Assembly (NCBI RefSeq): GCF_001194135.2
Contig: NC_068985.1
Location: forward strand, 115,586,712-115,621,403
Length of the DNA: 34,692 nt
From: Octopus bimaculoides
Lineage: Eukaryota
Reading direction: 5' to 3'
The stretch's first letter is position 1, and the number at the start of each line of letters is the position of its first letter. Below the pieces are notes generated by a model. It searched no databases. It saw only the letters and a program-made list of their open reading frames with translations, and was not told where the DNA came from. Shown here piece by piece: positions 33,650 through 34,692 of this stretch. The translations under genes were made by a program, and so were the position numbers.

Positions 33650-33873
33650 CTTTCACTTGTTTCAGTCGTATGACTGCGGCCTTGCTGGGGTTTCATTTGA
33701 AGGCTTTTAGTCAGACAAATTGACACCAGGACTTAAATCTAGCAGTTTAATTTGTTGAACTGCTAGGTTACGAGTAAGTGTAAGCACAATAAAAGTGGTT
33801 GTCAAGCGGTGATGGGGAACAAACAGGAAGACACAGACATGTACACACATGTATACACACACACACACACATA

Positions 33874-33905
<32 letters not shown>

Positions 33906-34055
33906 ACGGGCTTGTTTCATCTACCAGATCCACTAACAAGGCAATGATCGTCCTGATGCTATAACACAAAACACTTGGCTAAGATGACACAAAGTTGGAC
34001 TGAACCCAGAACTATGTGTTTGGAAAGCAAGCTTTTTACCACACAGCTACGACGC
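33650..34055 (-). mobile_element. SINE family A, full length with central microsatellite
   Basis: 3' half ACTTGTTTCAGTC..GACTGCGGCC..GGTTGTCAAGCG, a (CA)/(TA) core, and 5' half CTACCAGATCCACT..GGACTGAACCC..AAGCTTTTTACCACACAGC. Confidence 0.9.
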
Positions 34056-34420
34056 TGTCTATAATTTACAAAAGTATCCAGTTTTTATGTATTATCATTG
34101 TTCTTGATGTTATGTTTGAGTATCGCTAGTTAAACGATAAAAGAGAAAATTTATGATGAAAACCATTCCACCCGTAGCCATTCCGAGCCATCCCGGCATT
34201 TGCCAAATAATTTTTTTTTTAAATGTAATATGTACTTTTGTAAGAGAGTGGGGATGTGAAATGTGAGCTATATTGCAGTTTCTGACAAAGTAGAGGAACC
34301 GTTATTGATCCAATATGTATACATACATGCATGCATACATGCGTACACACACCCATACACAAACAACACACACATACGCACACACAGGAACTCACACACA
34401 CACGCACACACACACACACA

Positions 34421-34454
<34 letters not shown>

Positions 34455-34692
34455 TGTAGACAAGATGTTCATAATTTATCTTTACAACTTCTACAATTTA
34501 TTGTATCTAGTTTTTGCATATAATCAATGCAAGGCATGTGGAATTATTTTGAGAATTTAAGTAAAACTGTATTTGTTTGCCTGTTTTCCAATAAACTTTG
34601 CTGTGTTATCCATATTTTTCTTGTTTCCTAAATTCTTAAAATTGTAAACCTACTTAATGCACTACCTGTATATCTGCGTATGTATATATATA

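Noticed and set aside
560-34560. Most ORFs in the supplied track (YI, CV, HT, poly-S, poly-N/D and X-filled)
   Set aside because: They are translations of di- and trinucleotide microsatellites or of N gaps that lack stop codons, with no protein-like content.

Overview
Eukaryotic, AT-rich, repeat-dense genomic DNA with no intact protein-coding gene, rRNA, tRNA or CRISPR array that I can support. The tRNA-derived SINE families, the dense microsatellites and the fragmented scaffold suggest a cephalopod such as Octopus, but this is an inference. About 5.2 kb (15%) is assembly gap in 13 N-runs, and one gap edge carries Illumina adapter sequence. Nearly all ORFs in the supplied track are microsatellite or gap artefacts. 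Reading through stops and frameshifts reveals several decayed elements: three mariner elements, a Tc1/mariner-type MITE, a ~1.8 kb hAT transposase relic, a probable Ty3/gypsy gag relic, the 3' end of a Penelope-like element (PLE, endonuclease C-terminus), and about 20 copies or fragments of two SINE families (called A and B here). The most interesting signal is three different minimal type-I hammerhead ribozyme motifs, all on the minus strand: 9654-9690, 13171-13228 and 22941-22990. The second lies in the PLE 3' region and the third has a compensatory U3-A8 core. There is also a ~150-bp degenerate tandem repeat with a faint hammerhead-like layout. A few weak exon candidates are reported at low confidence.
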